Below, piece after piece: positions 25,787-35,280 of a stretch of DNA of 58,161 nt. Source of the DNA: a virus (lineage: Duplodnaviria > Caudoviricetes); the IMG/VR virus record IMGVR_UViG_3300044825_001220, positions 1-58,161 of that record; one strand, written 5' to 3'. Each line of letters starts with the position of its first letter. The stretch's first letter is position 1. The position numbers and the translations under genes were made by a program. Under the pieces are notes generated by a model. It was not told the origin of the DNA. It saw only the letters and a program-made list of their open reading frames with translations, and ran no database searches.

Positions 25787-26863
25787 ATGAAAACTGACGT
25801 TAACCTCATTCGCCGCGTGAACTTCGCGGAGACAGTCAATGTTCTGCTCAACGCGGGCGAGAACTCCGTGCATCTTGTTGGCGAGCCCGGTGTGGGCAAG
25901 ACCGCCATGCACAAGGAAATCATTGAGCGCACGGGGTTCCGTGGTATCTACATCGACGGGCCCAACACCGACGTGGGTCAGTCGGGTATGCCCATCCCCA
26001 ACCACCAGAGTAGGACGCTGGACTTCTATCCAGCCGAGTACTACGGACTGCACACGGGTGAGCCCCTGTGCATCATGATCGACGAGTGGACCAAGACTGA
26101 CGACTACGTGCGTAACACGTTGCACCCCCTGCTCCATGAGCGCAGGCTGGGTAACTTCAATCTCCACCCGGACAGCATTGTCTTCACCACCGGTAATCTG
26201 GACAGCGACGGCGTGGGCGACCACGTCAAGGCGCATACCCGGAGCCGACAAACTTGGTTGCCATACATGAAACCTACAGCTAAAGAATGGTGTGCTTGGG
26301 CCACCAACAACGGTATGACCGCCGAGGTCATCGCATGGGTACACGAGTACGAGCATTGCATGATGAGCTACTTGGACGGCGGGCAAGAGAAGAACCCGTA
26401 CATCTTCAATCCCAACGATGCGTCGCAGACCGCGTTCGTGTCCCCGCGCACGCTGGCCAAGGCGTCGCATTGGGTGCAACGCCGTTCTGCGTTATCGGAA
26501 AACGCGTTCATCGCCTGCCTTGACGGCACTATCGGCTACGCGGCATCGCGGGATTTGCAGGCGTACATCGAGCTTGCCGATCAACTGCCAACACGGGAGT
26601 CCATCGAGACTTCGCCCGAGACGGCGACTGTGCCCACCAGCCCAGCGGCCCAGTGCATCTTGATGTTCAAGGCTGTGGCTGTGGTGAGCCGCGACAACTT
26701 TGCGACGTGGATGCGCTACGTCAAGCGCATGCCCAAAGAGACACAGGCTGTGTTCATCAACAGCTTGCTCGAAGTCAGGGACAAGAAGGCATGGGCCATC
26801 GTGCATCCGAGTTTCGTGACCTGGGCTCGTGAGAACCAGTACATGTTTGCTGGCTTGAAATAA
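25787..26863 (+). CDS. MoxR/dynein-related AAA+ ATPase
   Basis: Walker A GEPGVGKT, Walker B IMIDE, sensor TGN, SPRT. Confidence 0.85.
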   Translation: MKTDVNLIRRVNFAETVNVLLNAGENSVHLVGEPGVGKTAMHKEIIERTGFRGIYIDGPNTDVGQSGMPIPNHQSRTLDFYPAEYYGLHTGEPLCIMIDEWTKTDDYVRNTLHPLLHERRLGNFNLHPDSIVFTTGNLDSDGVGDHVKAHTRSRQTWLPYMKPTAKEWCAWATNNGMTAEVIAWVHEYEHCMMSYLDGGQEKNPYIFNPNDASQTAFVSPRTLAKASHWVQRRSALSENAFIACLDGTIGYAASRDLQAYIELADQLPTRESIETSPETATVPTSPAAQCILMFKAVAVVSRDNFATWMRYVKRMPKETQAVFINSLLEVRDKKAWAIVHPSFVTWARENQYMFAGLK

Positions 26864-26884
26864 ACGACAAATTGTCGGAATGTT
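26858..26884. repeat. 27-bp palindromic motif copy 6
   Basis: AAATAAACGACA aat TGTCGGAATGTT, overlaps stop codon and abuts next SD. Confidence 0.75.
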
Positions 26885-26894
26885 TGGAGGACAC

Positions 26895-27062
26895 ATGAAC
26901 ACCGAGAAACAAATCAGCAACCCACCCCAGCCAGATTGGCGCGACCCGAACAGCGGATGCTACTGCGTGGTCTGCTTGGCCCCGGTCAAGGAGGACATCT
27001 TCGTGCAGCGGCAGGGGTGCTGCCCCGACCACAAGTTCGATGATGAATGCACCTACACATGA
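26895..27062 (+). CDS. Small Cys-rich protein
   Basis: SD GGAGG; CVVC...CCPDH. Confidence 0.6.
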   Translation: MNTEKQISNPPQPDWRDPNSGCYCVVCLAPVKEDIFVQRQGCCPDHKFDDECTYT

Positions 27063-27073
27063 GGGGTAATCAA

Positions 27074-27238
27074 ATGAACAACCAACGCACCGAGGCGCAA
27101 GCCTACGCGAACTTTGTGGACTACACCGGCTTTGTGACGATCATGCCATTCGCTGATCATCCCACCGCGTGCGAGGCCATGTGTGAGTTCTTTGAGCAAT
27201 GGCTCAACCTTGCCAAACAACGGGGAGAACTGGAATGA
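27074..27238 (+). CDS. Hypothetical protein
   Basis: SD GAGG; operon packing. Confidence 0.55.
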   Translation: MNNQRTEAQAYANFVDYTGFVTIMPFADHPTACEAMCEFFEQWLNLAKQRGELE

Positions 27239-27402
27239 CTAGAGAAGATTGGATCATCCTGCGCCTGCTGATGACAACATCGAAGGCCAATCTGCACAAC
27301 GACTTGGACGTAGCCCGGTCGATCATGCATTTGATCAAGAGGTACGGACAGGATGCGGTGAACAACTGCATCGACCAACTGCACAAGGAGAGAAGCAAAT
27401 GA
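27235..27402 (+). CDS. Hypothetical protein
   Basis: MTREDW; ATGA coupling. Confidence 0.6.
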   Translation: MTREDWIILRLLMTTSKANLHNDLDVARSIMHLIKRYGQDAVNNCIDQLHKERSK

Positions 27403-27644
27403 TGCCGAAAAGCGTATGGAAAGTGACGGGTCGTCACATCGAAGATAGCCCGGATGGAGTTCTGTTCGAGGCGTACTTCACCGACAGGGACACGGCTCAC
27501 GCTGTGTACCACAAGGGTGAGCGCGAGTACGGCATAGCCGCTGGCTACACCAAGATGCGCTGGTCATTGGAGGGGTTCTACCTCAACAACGACCCGCACA
27601 TTGACCAGATGTTCAACGATGTTCGTGAAGCAATGGAGGAATGA
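27399..27644 (+). CDS. Hypothetical protein
   Basis: MMPKSVW; SD AAGGAG; ATGA coupling. Confidence 0.6.
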   Translation: MMPKSVWKVTGRHIEDSPDGVLFEAYFTDRDTAHAVYHKGEREYGIAAGYTKMRWSLEGFYLNNDPHIDQMFNDVREAMEE

Positions 27645-27645
27645 A

Positions 27646-27831
27646 ATGAAACACATCTACTGCCTGTGGCAGGAGGAAGAAGTCATCCCGAGGCTGTGGT
27701 TCGACACGAAGGAAGCCGCTGAAACCGCCGCCCGGATGCTCTATCCCAACGAATCGCCTGAGATGCGGTACTCCCGCATCTACGAGCGCCCCCTGCGATC
27801 CCTCAACGACCTCACCGGAGAAACCAAATGA
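27646..27831 (+). CDS. Hypothetical protein
   Basis: MKHIYCLW; SD GGAGG. Confidence 0.6.
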   Translation: MKHIYCLWQEEEVIPRLWFDTKEAAETAARMLYPNESPEMRYSRIYERPLRSLNDLTGETK

Positions 27832-28076
27832 AACGACCATTCGTAACTCAGTATTTCACAGAAAGCGATGCCTCGGGCAAGAAGCCCGTGAGCATGGGCT
27901 ACGCCGCAAGCGTGGGCGGAGCGCGTAAGAACATGGCGGTGCGTATCGTCATCGGCCAGTACGGTCTAGCCGTCGTGCTTGACCGCGAGTCGCGTGATGT
28001 GATCAGCACCATGCGTAGGACCAAAGCTGGAATGTCAATCAAAGATATGGGGGTGCAAGATGTTGCTCAAAAATAA
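27828..28076 (+). CDS. Hypothetical protein
   Basis: ATGA coupling. Confidence 0.6.
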   Translation: MKRPFVTQYFTESDASGKKPVSMGYAASVGGARKNMAVRIVIGQYGLAVVLDRESRDVISTMRRTKAGMSIKDMGVQDVAQK

Positions 28077-29331
28077 AATGCCTGCTGAGCGCAGGCTCGA
28101 ACTTGTTCATGTATCGCTGATGCGGGACAAAGCGTTCGCGTTCTTCGCGGGCTTATTCATGGTCGGTAAGACGACCATCCTCGACAAGCCAATCACGGCG
28201 CGGACCAACGGGCGTGACGTTGAGTACGGGCGTGCGTTCGTGGACGGGCTCACCGACAAGGAGCTTGCCTTTCTTGTGCTTCACGAGAACATGCACAAGT
28301 GCTATCGCCATCTCACAACGTGGCGGGCGTTGTTCGACAAGGACAAGCGCCGTGCCAACATGGCGTGCGACTTTGTCATCAACATCCAGTTGCGTGATAT
28401 GGACCCGGAGGAGCGCCTGATCGCCATGCCTCGGGATCGCAAGACCGGGGAGTTCATCGGTTGCTACGACGTGCAGTATCGTGGAATGGATACCAAGCAG
28501 GTTTGGGATGCGCTCGAAGGCAAGACGAAAGACAAAGACAAAGACAAGGGCCGGGGCGGCGCGGGCGACAAGGGTCAGGGTGACCCCGAACAAGGCGACG
28601 GAATGTCGGAAAGTTCAGACGATGGCTATGACGCACTCGATGAGCACGATTGGGAAGGCGCACAGGAGCTGTCTCAGAAAGAACAGCAAGACCTTGAGCG
28701 TGAGATCGACCGGGCCCTGCGGCAGGGCGGCATCTACGCGGGCAAGATGGGCGGCAATATGTCACGCGACATTGAGCGACTGCTTGAACCCAAGGTTGAT
28801 TGGCGCGAGGTGTTGCGCCGGTTCGTGCGTACTTCACTCACGGATCGGGACAGCCCGTCGTGGCGCAAGGCGCACAAGCGGTATCTCTGGCAGGACATTA
28901 TCTTGCCGAGCATCATCGGTAAGCGTATGAAGTCGCTGGCCGTGGGCATCGACACATCTGGTTCTATCCAAGGCGATCTGCTCGGTGCGTTCATGGGCGA
29001 GCTTGACAAGGTGGTGCGTACCGTATCGCCTGATCGCGTGGACATCATGTACTGGGACACCAACGTGGCTAGGCACGAGGTGTACACCAGCAACGCCCAG
29101 TCCATCGTTGACAGCACCAAGCCAGCGGGCGGTGGTGGCACAGACCCGGACTGCGTACCTGCGTTCATGCGAGATCACAAGATCAATCCTGACGCACTCA
29201 TCATGCTGACGGATGGGTTCATGAGTAGCGACTCCGGCAGGTGGGCGCATCTGTCGTGTCCTGTTCTCTGGTGTGTGATTGGTAACCCGAACGTGTCCAT
29301 CCCGAAGGGGTCTGTGGTTCGCGTCGAGTGA
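28060..29331 (+). CDS. Metallopeptidase-like + vWA domain protein (DUF2201 type)
   Basis: TARTNG, LHENMH (HExxH), NMACDFVIN; MIDAS IDTSGSI, GGGTD, LTDG. Confidence 0.85.
   Translation: MLLKNKMPAERRLELVHVSLMRDKAFAFFAGLFMVGKTTILDKPITARTNGRDVEYGRAFVDGLTDKELAFLVLHENMHKCYRHLTTWRALFDKDKRRANMACDFVINIQLRDMDPEERLIAMPRDRKTGEFIGCYDVQYRGMDTKQVWDALEGKTKDKDKDKGRGGAGDKGQGDPEQGDGMSESSDDGYDALDEHDWEGAQELSQKEQQDLEREIDRALRQGGIYAGKMGGNMSRDIERLLEPKVDWREVLRRFVRTSLTDRDSPSWRKAHKRYLWQDIILPSIIGKRMKSLAVGIDTSGSIQGDLLGAFMGELDKVVRTVSPDRVDIMYWDTNVARHEVYTSNAQSIVDSTKPAGGGGTDPDCVPAFMRDHKINPDALIMLTDGFMSSDSGRWAHLSCPVLWCVIGNPNVSIPKGSVVRVE
28589..28615. repeat. 27-bp palindromic motif copy 7 (inside CDS linker)
   Basis: AACAAGGCGACG gaa TGTCGGAAAGTT. 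Confidence 0.8.
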
Positions 29332-29366
29332 CCCGTGTTAACAAGTTCTTTTATTAGGAGTCGATC

Positions 29367-29606
29367 ATGACTGATCATGTGATTTTGACCATTGGTGAAA
29401 CGAAGTTCGTGTTGACCACGAACGAGGCGTTTGGTATCGCCAACATACTCAACGGTTCCACGCAGATAACCACTGCGTGGCTGAATGGGAAAAGCAGAAG
29501 AGTGTACGGCGAGCCGAAGATGGATGCGGCGCACATTGCCCCGATCAACGGACCACTTCAGCTTGAGCTGGAGACGAACACCAAAGAACGCGAGGCATCG
29601 AAATGA
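29367..29606 (+). CDS. Hypothetical protein
   Basis: SD AGGAG. Confidence 0.7.
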   Translation: MTDHVILTIGETKFVLTTNEAFGIANILNGSTQITTAWLNGKSRRVYGEPKMDAAHIAPINGPLQLELETNTKEREASK

Positions 29607-29773
29607 AACAGATACCGCTCGATACTTTCTCGGTCAAGTTGAACCGAGAGACTTGGGACCTGCTTGTTCAGGTCCGCACAGAACTCGGGGCCAAGCTCGG
29701 GTTTGAACCTACGAACGGCCAAGTCGTTCGCCATCTCATCGCCATTTACTTTGGAGAAGCAAGCAATGTATAA
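29603..29773 (+). CDS. 56-aa ribbon-helix-helix-like protein
   Basis: Manual read MKQIPLDTFSVKLNRETWDLLVQVRTELGAKLGFEPTNGQVVRHLIAIYFGEASNV; ATGA coupling; fills the gap. Confidence 0.6.
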   Translation: MKQIPLDTFSVKLNRETWDLLVQVRTELGAKLGFEPTNGQVVRHLIAIYFGEASNV

Positions 29774-30836
29774 CACGTACGGAGCACCATCCCTGTCAAC
29801 CTATCAGGCGGCATTGGATTGGTACAACAAAACCAAACCCATTCGTGGGGCAACCACAAGGCCCATCGGCAACAGACGCTACCACCACTCGGCGTCGATA
29901 GATAAGCGCGAAGACAACATCGTGCTGGTCTACGAGCGGCAACCGCTGATCGTGTGGGAGCCTGACTCGACGTTCACGCTTCGTGCACCTGCGTACTACA
30001 ACGCATATCAAGCGGACCGGTTGTACGGCTGGGGCCCGAGGGGCATGCGGTTTAACTGGGACAGCGGGCGTTTATTTGTTGTGAACAGGGACGACAACAT
30101 ACATCTGCCTGAGGGCGGGTCGCTCAGGTTTGTGCCGACGAGCGATTCCCCGTTTCCAACGTACCAGTGCGTCACCGAACGCAGCAGTCTTGAGTACAAG
30201 ATGCGGCGCGGGGTTGCAAACAAGCTGGCTTCCGCACAATGCGTGGACTTTCTCGCTTGGGCACAAGTTGTTCTGGCGACAAGCACCCCGGTTGTGTACG
30301 AGGAGTGCGTCGAGGCGCGGGGGAGACTTCAGACTGCTGTCGGGTATTCACCCGAGTTCATAAAAGAGATGGACTCGCGGCATCAGACAAGTAACAGTCC
30401 TGAAGCAGAGCACGCTCGTCGGAGGTGGTATCGACTGCACAACCGGATCAGAAGCCTCCCGTTTCGGTTGACCAACGATGGGAGGGGCTGGGTGTTTGCG
30501 CCCGCGTGTAGAGTCATGTTGGATCAAATCACTTCGACGGATTACGCGCAATGGGATGACGTGCTCAAGGTAATCGCCGGTCACTCAGGTCGGAGTCTGT
30601 ACACACCGGTGTCTCACGGCAACGGGTTCAGTCGGATGCTGACGCGCCAAGCCTTGACGTTCGATGGGGTAGTGGAGTTCATCCATAAGCTGATAGCTTG
30701 TGTTTACCGAGACGCGGTGTTCGAGGTAGTCCCTGTGCGTAACGGCGCGATGCCGTCTGCGCGTAACTCCGGTTTCTTCCGCGACATGCTGGATGAACCG
30801 GAACAAGGCGACAAATTGTCGGAAAGTTCTGTTTAA
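29766..30836 (+). CDS. Hypothetical protein
   Basis: Likely start MYNTYG; SD GGAG. Confidence 0.7.
   Translation: MYNTYGAPSLSTYQAALDWYNKTKPIRGATTRPIGNRRYHHSASIDKREDNIVLVYERQPLIVWEPDSTFTLRAPAYYNAYQADRLYGWGPRGMRFNWDSGRLFVVNRDDNIHLPEGGSLRFVPTSDSPFPTYQCVTERSSLEYKMRRGVANKLASAQCVDFLAWAQVVLATSTPVVYEECVEARGRLQTAVGYSPEFIKEMDSRHQTSNSPEAEHARRRWYRLHNRIRSLPFRLTNDGRGWVFAPACRVMLDQITSTDYAQWDDVLKVIAGHSGRSLYTPVSHGNGFSRMLTRQALTFDGVVEFIHKLIACVYRDAVFEVVPVRNGAMPSARNSGFFRDMLDEPEQGDKLSESSV
30802..30828. repeat. 27-bp palindromic motif copy 8
   Basis: AACAAGGCGACA aat TGTCGGAAAGTT. Confidence 0.85.
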
Positions 30837-30850
30837 CCAAGGAGTCAATC

Positions 30851-31729
30851 ATGAGCCAAGTAAATTTCGAAACCCCAACCCTTTCGCTCGCATCCATGGC
30901 GATGCTGGTCGAGCTACGCATCAGCACGTGGACTGCGCGTAAGCGTGACAACGCGACGACTGAGGAAGTCAACCGATCAAAGAACGCCAACGACGATGCG
31001 GGCAGCGTCTACAAGTACCTCATGGCGGGCAGTGATCACCTCAAGAAGATCGAGAAGTACGCGGCCAAGTGCCGGGCGTGGAACGGCCAGCAGACCCTGC
31101 CGTGGATGAAGGGCGTGGGCTTGCTCCCGATGGAGAACTTCTTTTCGTATCGAGAGCAGCTCGGCACGATGGAATCCAATTTCAACGGATTGGTTGAAGA
31201 CTTCATCAAGGTCTACCCGTCGCTCGTCAGCGCACAGGCGTTCAAGCTCGGGGATTACTTCGTGGCCGAGGAGTTCCCGCTGGTGGAGTCATTGCCCCGC
31301 CGGTTCCGCTTTGAATACAACTTCCTCCCGGTTCCAGAGAAGGGGGACTTCCGTATTAAATGCGAGGAGCGAGTGCGCCAAGACTTGGCCGAGCAGTACG
31401 ACAAGATGTTCAACCAGAAGCTGGCCGAGGCGATGCGTGAACCGTGGCAGCGACTGCACGATGTGCTGGTGCATATGACCGAGCGACTGAGTGACGCGAG
31501 CGATGGCACCCGCAACATCTTCCGCGACTCCATCGTGAACAAACCGCTGGAGTTGTGCGCCCTGCTGTCCAAGCTCAACGTGACCAAGGACCCGCAGCTT
31601 GAGGAAGCGCGGCGCATGCTGGAGGTGGCGCTCGTTGGCGTAAGCCCTGACGACTTGCGCAATATCCCATCGGCGCGGGCTGAGCTGAAGTCAAGCGTCC
31701 AAGAGATCATCAACAAGTTCACATGGTAA
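30851..31729 (+). CDS. DUF3150-like protein
   Basis: LRISTWTARKRD...TLPW...LLP...; co-occurs with AAA and vWA genes. Confidence 0.6.
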   Translation: MSQVNFETPTLSLASMAMLVELRISTWTARKRDNATTEEVNRSKNANDDAGSVYKYLMAGSDHLKKIEKYAAKCRAWNGQQTLPWMKGVGLLPMENFFSYREQLGTMESNFNGLVEDFIKVYPSLVSAQAFKLGDYFVAEEFPLVESLPRRFRFEYNFLPVPEKGDFRIKCEERVRQDLAEQYDKMFNQKLAEAMREPWQRLHDVLVHMTERLSDASDGTRNIFRDSIVNKPLELCALLSKLNVTKDPQLEEARRMLEVALVGVSPDDLRNIPSARAELKSSVQEIINKFTW

Positions 31730-31739
31730 GGAGTGATTC

Positions 31740-32645
31740 ATGTCTAACGTAGAAAGCAAAAACCCCAAGGTCATACCAGACCCGTTCCTGCTTGAACTGT
31801 TCAAGCGCGTGGCGCTGGTCAATTCAAACCTCAAGTTTGTGTACGACTTTGTAAATGGTAATCATCAGCCATACACCACGAAGCAAAGCTGCATAAAACG
31901 GAGCGACGGTACAAGGGAGACTGCACCGGAGGATTATTCTTTCGGGCAGTACTACGATGTGTACGACAACGGCAAGCCGTGCGGTGTCGTGCGTGTTGAC
32001 TATCAGTATCAGCGAAACAAGGGGAACGTTTCGATGTACGCCATCAAGTCGCACCTCGTCGAGCGGACGAGTCGTGGGCGTGGCTTCATACGCACGGGTG
32101 ACGTAGCCAAGGCTGTGGCAAACGCCAAGAAGTACCTACGCGCTCCAACGGATGGGTACACCTTGTTCAACAAGCTGGCCGAGGCAGACAGCACCATGCG
32201 TGATGTTGTGTCAGACTTGATGCGCCCCATCACCCGTGGCAACTTCCTGACAGACATAACGAGTGCGCAGGTACTACTGAATGCTTACATGACCGGACGC
32301 CCCGTTGACACCCAACTGGAAAGCGCGATGCGGGCTAAGCTGACATCAGACAAGTTCGACGCCGCGCTCAGCGAGTACTATCTTGCTAAATGGCTTCGGG
32401 ATTTACCGGGCACAGAGCGACTGTTTGTTCATCGCAACGGCACAAGCTATTCGTTCTTTACATCCAACCCGGACCCGGGCTCTGAAGAGGCGGCGATAAC
32501 CACACCGGTTGTGACGGTGGAGTTTGAGGACTTACCCCTCAAGACGCAAGAACGACTAAGTGTGCTGCAACTTATGAAAGACCGTGAGGTAGTCTTGAAT
32601 GTCGGCATCCGCATAACAGACACCGAGTTCTTCATAAGAGTGTAA
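31740..32645 (+). CDS. Hypothetical protein
   Basis: SD AAGGAG; followed by terminator. Confidence 0.75.
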   Translation: MSNVESKNPKVIPDPFLLELFKRVALVNSNLKFVYDFVNGNHQPYTTKQSCIKRSDGTRETAPEDYSFGQYYDVYDNGKPCGVVRVDYQYQRNKGNVSMYAIKSHLVERTSRGRGFIRTGDVAKAVANAKKYLRAPTDGYTLFNKLAEADSTMRDVVSDLMRPITRGNFLTDITSAQVLLNAYMTGRPVDTQLESAMRAKLTSDKFDAALSEYYLAKWLRDLPGTERLFVHRNGTSYSFFTSNPDPGSEEAAITTPVVTVEFEDLPLKTQERLSVLQLMKDREVVLNVGIRITDTEFFIRV

Positions 32646-32664
32646 GATCAACTGTCTGCCACTT

Positions 32665-32689
32665 GACCCGCTTCGGCGGGTCTTTTTTT
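32665..32689 (+). terminator. Rho-independent terminator closing early arm
   Basis: GACCCGC TTCG GCGGGTC + 7 T. Confidence 0.9.
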
Positions 32690-32705
32690 GCCTGTACTTT
32701 CCCCG

Positions 32706-32732
32706 AACAATCCGACATACTGTCGGTTTGTT
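32706..32732. repeat. 27-bp palindromic motif copy 9
   Basis: AACAATCCGACA tac TGTCGGTTTGTT. Confidence 0.85.
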
Positions 32733-32765
32733 TTTGGCTAGGTGTTTCCCCTAGTCATGATGCGC

Positions 32766-32794
32766 TTGACATAGTCTAGTCCTCGTGCTACATT
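32766..32794 (+). promoter_or_regulatory. sigma70 promoter of replication arm
   Basis: TTGACA-17 bp-TACATT with TGn extension. Confidence 0.75.
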
Positions 32795-32814
32795 GATCTT
32801 CCGAGGACATAAAA

Positions 32815-33180
32815 GTGGCATCCACTCCCGAGCGAAAAGTTAAGGAAGCTGTAGCGGCGGTGTTGAAGAACAACGCAGTCTACTACTTCTTTCCCCCTGC
32901 CAACGGTTTAGGCCGTGCGGGCATCCCCGACATCATCGCATGCTGCAACGGCATGTTCCTTGCCATTGAGTGCAAGGCGGGCAAGGGAGTCACCACCGCA
33001 CTACAAGAACGAGAACTCTCCCGCATACGCAACGCGGGCGGGGTAGCCATCGTCGTGCGTGAGAACAACATAGACAGCATCCAACCGATCATCAACCAAC
33101 TAAGGAGCATCCGTGGCCTACCCAAAGTTTCTGCGCCGCCTAGTCCCAGAAGAACTCCGCGCTCTGCTGGAGAAGATTGA
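32815..33180 (+). CDS. VRR-NUC nuclease / Holliday junction resolvase
   Basis: TPERKVK...GIPDII...FLAIECKA...TALQ. Confidence 0.85.
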   Translation: MASTPERKVKEAVAAVLKNNAVYYFFPPANGLGRAGIPDIIACCNGMFLAIECKAGKGVTTALQERELSRIRNAGGVAIVVRENNIDSIQPIINQLRSIRGLPKVSAPPSPRRTPRSAGED

Positions 33181-33463
33181 TTCAATCCACAGCCCGATGG
33201 ATAGTAGTTACCAAGCGATAGATATGTTCACGCGCACAACAAAATTGCGGTGGTTTGAGAATCAACTTGTGCGTAGCGCAATGAAGCGCGTACAGCGTGA
33301 GTACACCTTGGCTCAGGCCATGCACATCGTCATTTACAACAAGATGGACCGCTTCGAAAGCCCCGAGATTGATCTGGACGTAAGGAGCCGCGTCATAAAT
33401 TCGACGCGCGTGTACGCGAAACAGGACAAGACGGCTTCCGTGATCAGTAGGCAGTTTCTGTGA
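33113..33463 (+). CDS. Hypothetical protein
   Basis: SD AAGGAG before GTG; GTGA coupling to pol. Confidence 0.6.
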   Translation: MAYPKFLRRLVPEELRALLEKIDSIHSPMDSSYQAIDMFTRTTKLRWFENQLVRSAMKRVQREYTLAQAMHIVIYNKMDRFESPEIDLDVRSRVINSTRVYAKQDKTASVISRQFL

Positions 33464-35280
33464 TCACACTCGATTTCGAAACTTTCTACGACAAAGATTT
33501 TAGTCTGTCGAAGATGACGACTGAGGAGTACGTGCGTGACCATTTGTTCGAGGTCATCGGTGTAGCTGTAAAAGTCAACGACGGACCGACCGAGTGGTTC
33601 AGCGGTGACCACGGGGAAACCGCGCAGTGGCTGGAACGGTTCGATTGGGGCAACAACTTCGTGTTAGCCCACAATGCCATGTTCGACGCGGCCATTCTGA
33701 CGTGGCGCTTTGGTATCCGCCCGAAAGCGTGGTTTGATACGCTGTCCATGGCCCGTGCTGTGCTCGGCCCCACGACGAGTGTGTCGCTGGCGTCGCTGGC
33801 ATCTCACTTCGGGCTGGGCGAGAAGGGCACCGAAGTCGAGGACGCCAAGGGTATGCGCCGTGGAGATTTCGACAGCGATCAACTGCACCGCTACGGACAG
33901 TACTGCCGCAACGATGTGGACCTGACGTATGCCGTGTACAAGGAACTTGAGGGCGCTGTATCGACCAAGGAGAAGCGGCTCATTGATCTGACCATCCGCA
34001 TGTTCAGTGATCCGGTGCTGGTGCTGGATGTGCCGCGCCTTGAGACGCACCTGACGGAAGTCCGGGAGCGCAAGCGCAAACTCTTTGAAGACGCGCAGAT
34101 AACGCCTGAGGTGCTCAACAGCAACAAGAAGTTTGCTGCGCTGCTGGAGTCTTTTGAGGTGCTCACGCCCATGAAGATGAGCAAGACCACAGGCAAATGG
34201 ACGTATGCGTTCGCAAAGAGTGACGAGGAGTTCACGGCACTGCTCAACCACCCTGACGAGCGGGTTCAAGCTATTGTGGCTGCACGGTTGGGGGCCAAGT
34301 CTACGCTGGAGGAGACGAGGACCGAGCGGTTCATCGCCATCGCCAACCGCACGAAGGACAACCTGCTGCCCATCCCGCTCAAGTATTACGCTGCACACAC
34401 GGGCCGGTGGGGCGGCACTGACTCCGTCAACCTCCAGAATCTGCCGAGCCGGGGTGAGCGTGGCAACAAACTCAAGCGGTGTATCCGAGCCCCTGACGGG
34501 CATGTGATCATCGACTGTGACTCGTCGCAGATCGAAGCCCGAGTGCTGGCGTGGCTGGCGGGGCAGAACGATCTGTTGCTGCGCTTTGAGCGTAACGACG
34601 ATGTGTATCGGTACATGGCCTCGATGCTGTACGACAAGCGGCCCGATGAAGTGTCACCGGAGGAGCGGTTCATCGGCAAGACAACCGTGCTCGGTGCGGG
34701 CTACGGCATGGGTGCTGTAAAGTTCCAGGCCCAGTTGCAGTCCATGGGCAAGAACGTAGACTTGGATACCTGCAAGTACATCATCAAGGTGTACCGGCAG
34801 AGGAACCAAGCCATCTCACAGTGGTGGATCAGACTCAACGATGTGCTGGTCAGGATGGCCGCGCAACAGCCGATGGACGCGCTCGACGCCGTGGGCCTGC
34901 TGGAGTTGTCGGTGCTGGGCATGGGCATCCGGTTGCCCAACAACATGTATCTGAGCTACCCGGAGTTGCGGCGCGAAGCCCTCGGGGAGTACTCGTACAA
35001 GACACGGTACGGGCGCAACCGTATCTACGGCGGCAAGGTGGCCGAGAACATCTGCCAAGCTGTGGCCCGCTGCATCATCGGGGATCAGATGCTTGAGATT
35101 GCCAAGCGATACCGCGTGGTCCTGACCGTCCATGACGCGATAGCCTGCGTGGTCCGTGAGGAAGAGAAGGATGAAGCGGTTGCCTACGTGGAGAGCTGCA
35201 TGCGTAAAACGCCCGCGTGGGCTGAAGGGCTCCCGTTGAACTGTGAGTCCGGTGTTGGAGAAACTTATGGCGACTGCTAA
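33460..35280 (+). CDS. Family A DNA polymerase with 3'-5' exonuclease
   Basis: Exo LDFET, AHNAMFD; motif A DSSQIEAR, motif B KTTVLGAGYG, motif C VHD. Confidence 0.92.
   Translation: MITLDFETFYDKDFSLSKMTTEEYVRDHLFEVIGVAVKVNDGPTEWFSGDHGETAQWLERFDWGNNFVLAHNAMFDAAILTWRFGIRPKAWFDTLSMARAVLGPTTSVSLASLASHFGLGEKGTEVEDAKGMRRGDFDSDQLHRYGQYCRNDVDLTYAVYKELEGAVSTKEKRLIDLTIRMFSDPVLVLDVPRLETHLTEVRERKRKLFEDAQITPEVLNSNKKFAALLESFEVLTPMKMSKTTGKWTYAFAKSDEEFTALLNHPDERVQAIVAARLGAKSTLEETRTERFIAIANRTKDNLLPIPLKYYAAHTGRWGGTDSVNLQNLPSRGERGNKLKRCIRAPDGHVIIDCDSSQIEARVLAWLAGQNDLLLRFERNDDVYRYMASMLYDKRPDEVSPEERFIGKTTVLGAGYGMGAVKFQAQLQSMGKNVDLDTCKYIIKVYRQRNQAISQWWIRLNDVLVRMAAQQPMDALDAVGLLELSVLGMGIRLPNNMYLSYPELRREALGEYSYKTRYGRNRIYGGKVAENICQAVARCIIGDQMLEIAKRYRVVLTVHDAIACVVREEEKDEAVAYVESCMRKTPAWAEGLPLNCESGVGETYGDC

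Noticed and set aside
22011-32732. Palindromes as a CRISPR array, integron attC sites or N4-type hairpin promoters
   Set aside because: Spacing is irregular (0.3-2.2 kb), there are no cas genes or integrase, attC RYYYAAC/GTTRRRY ends are not matched, and I see no RNA polymerase motifs in the giant protein
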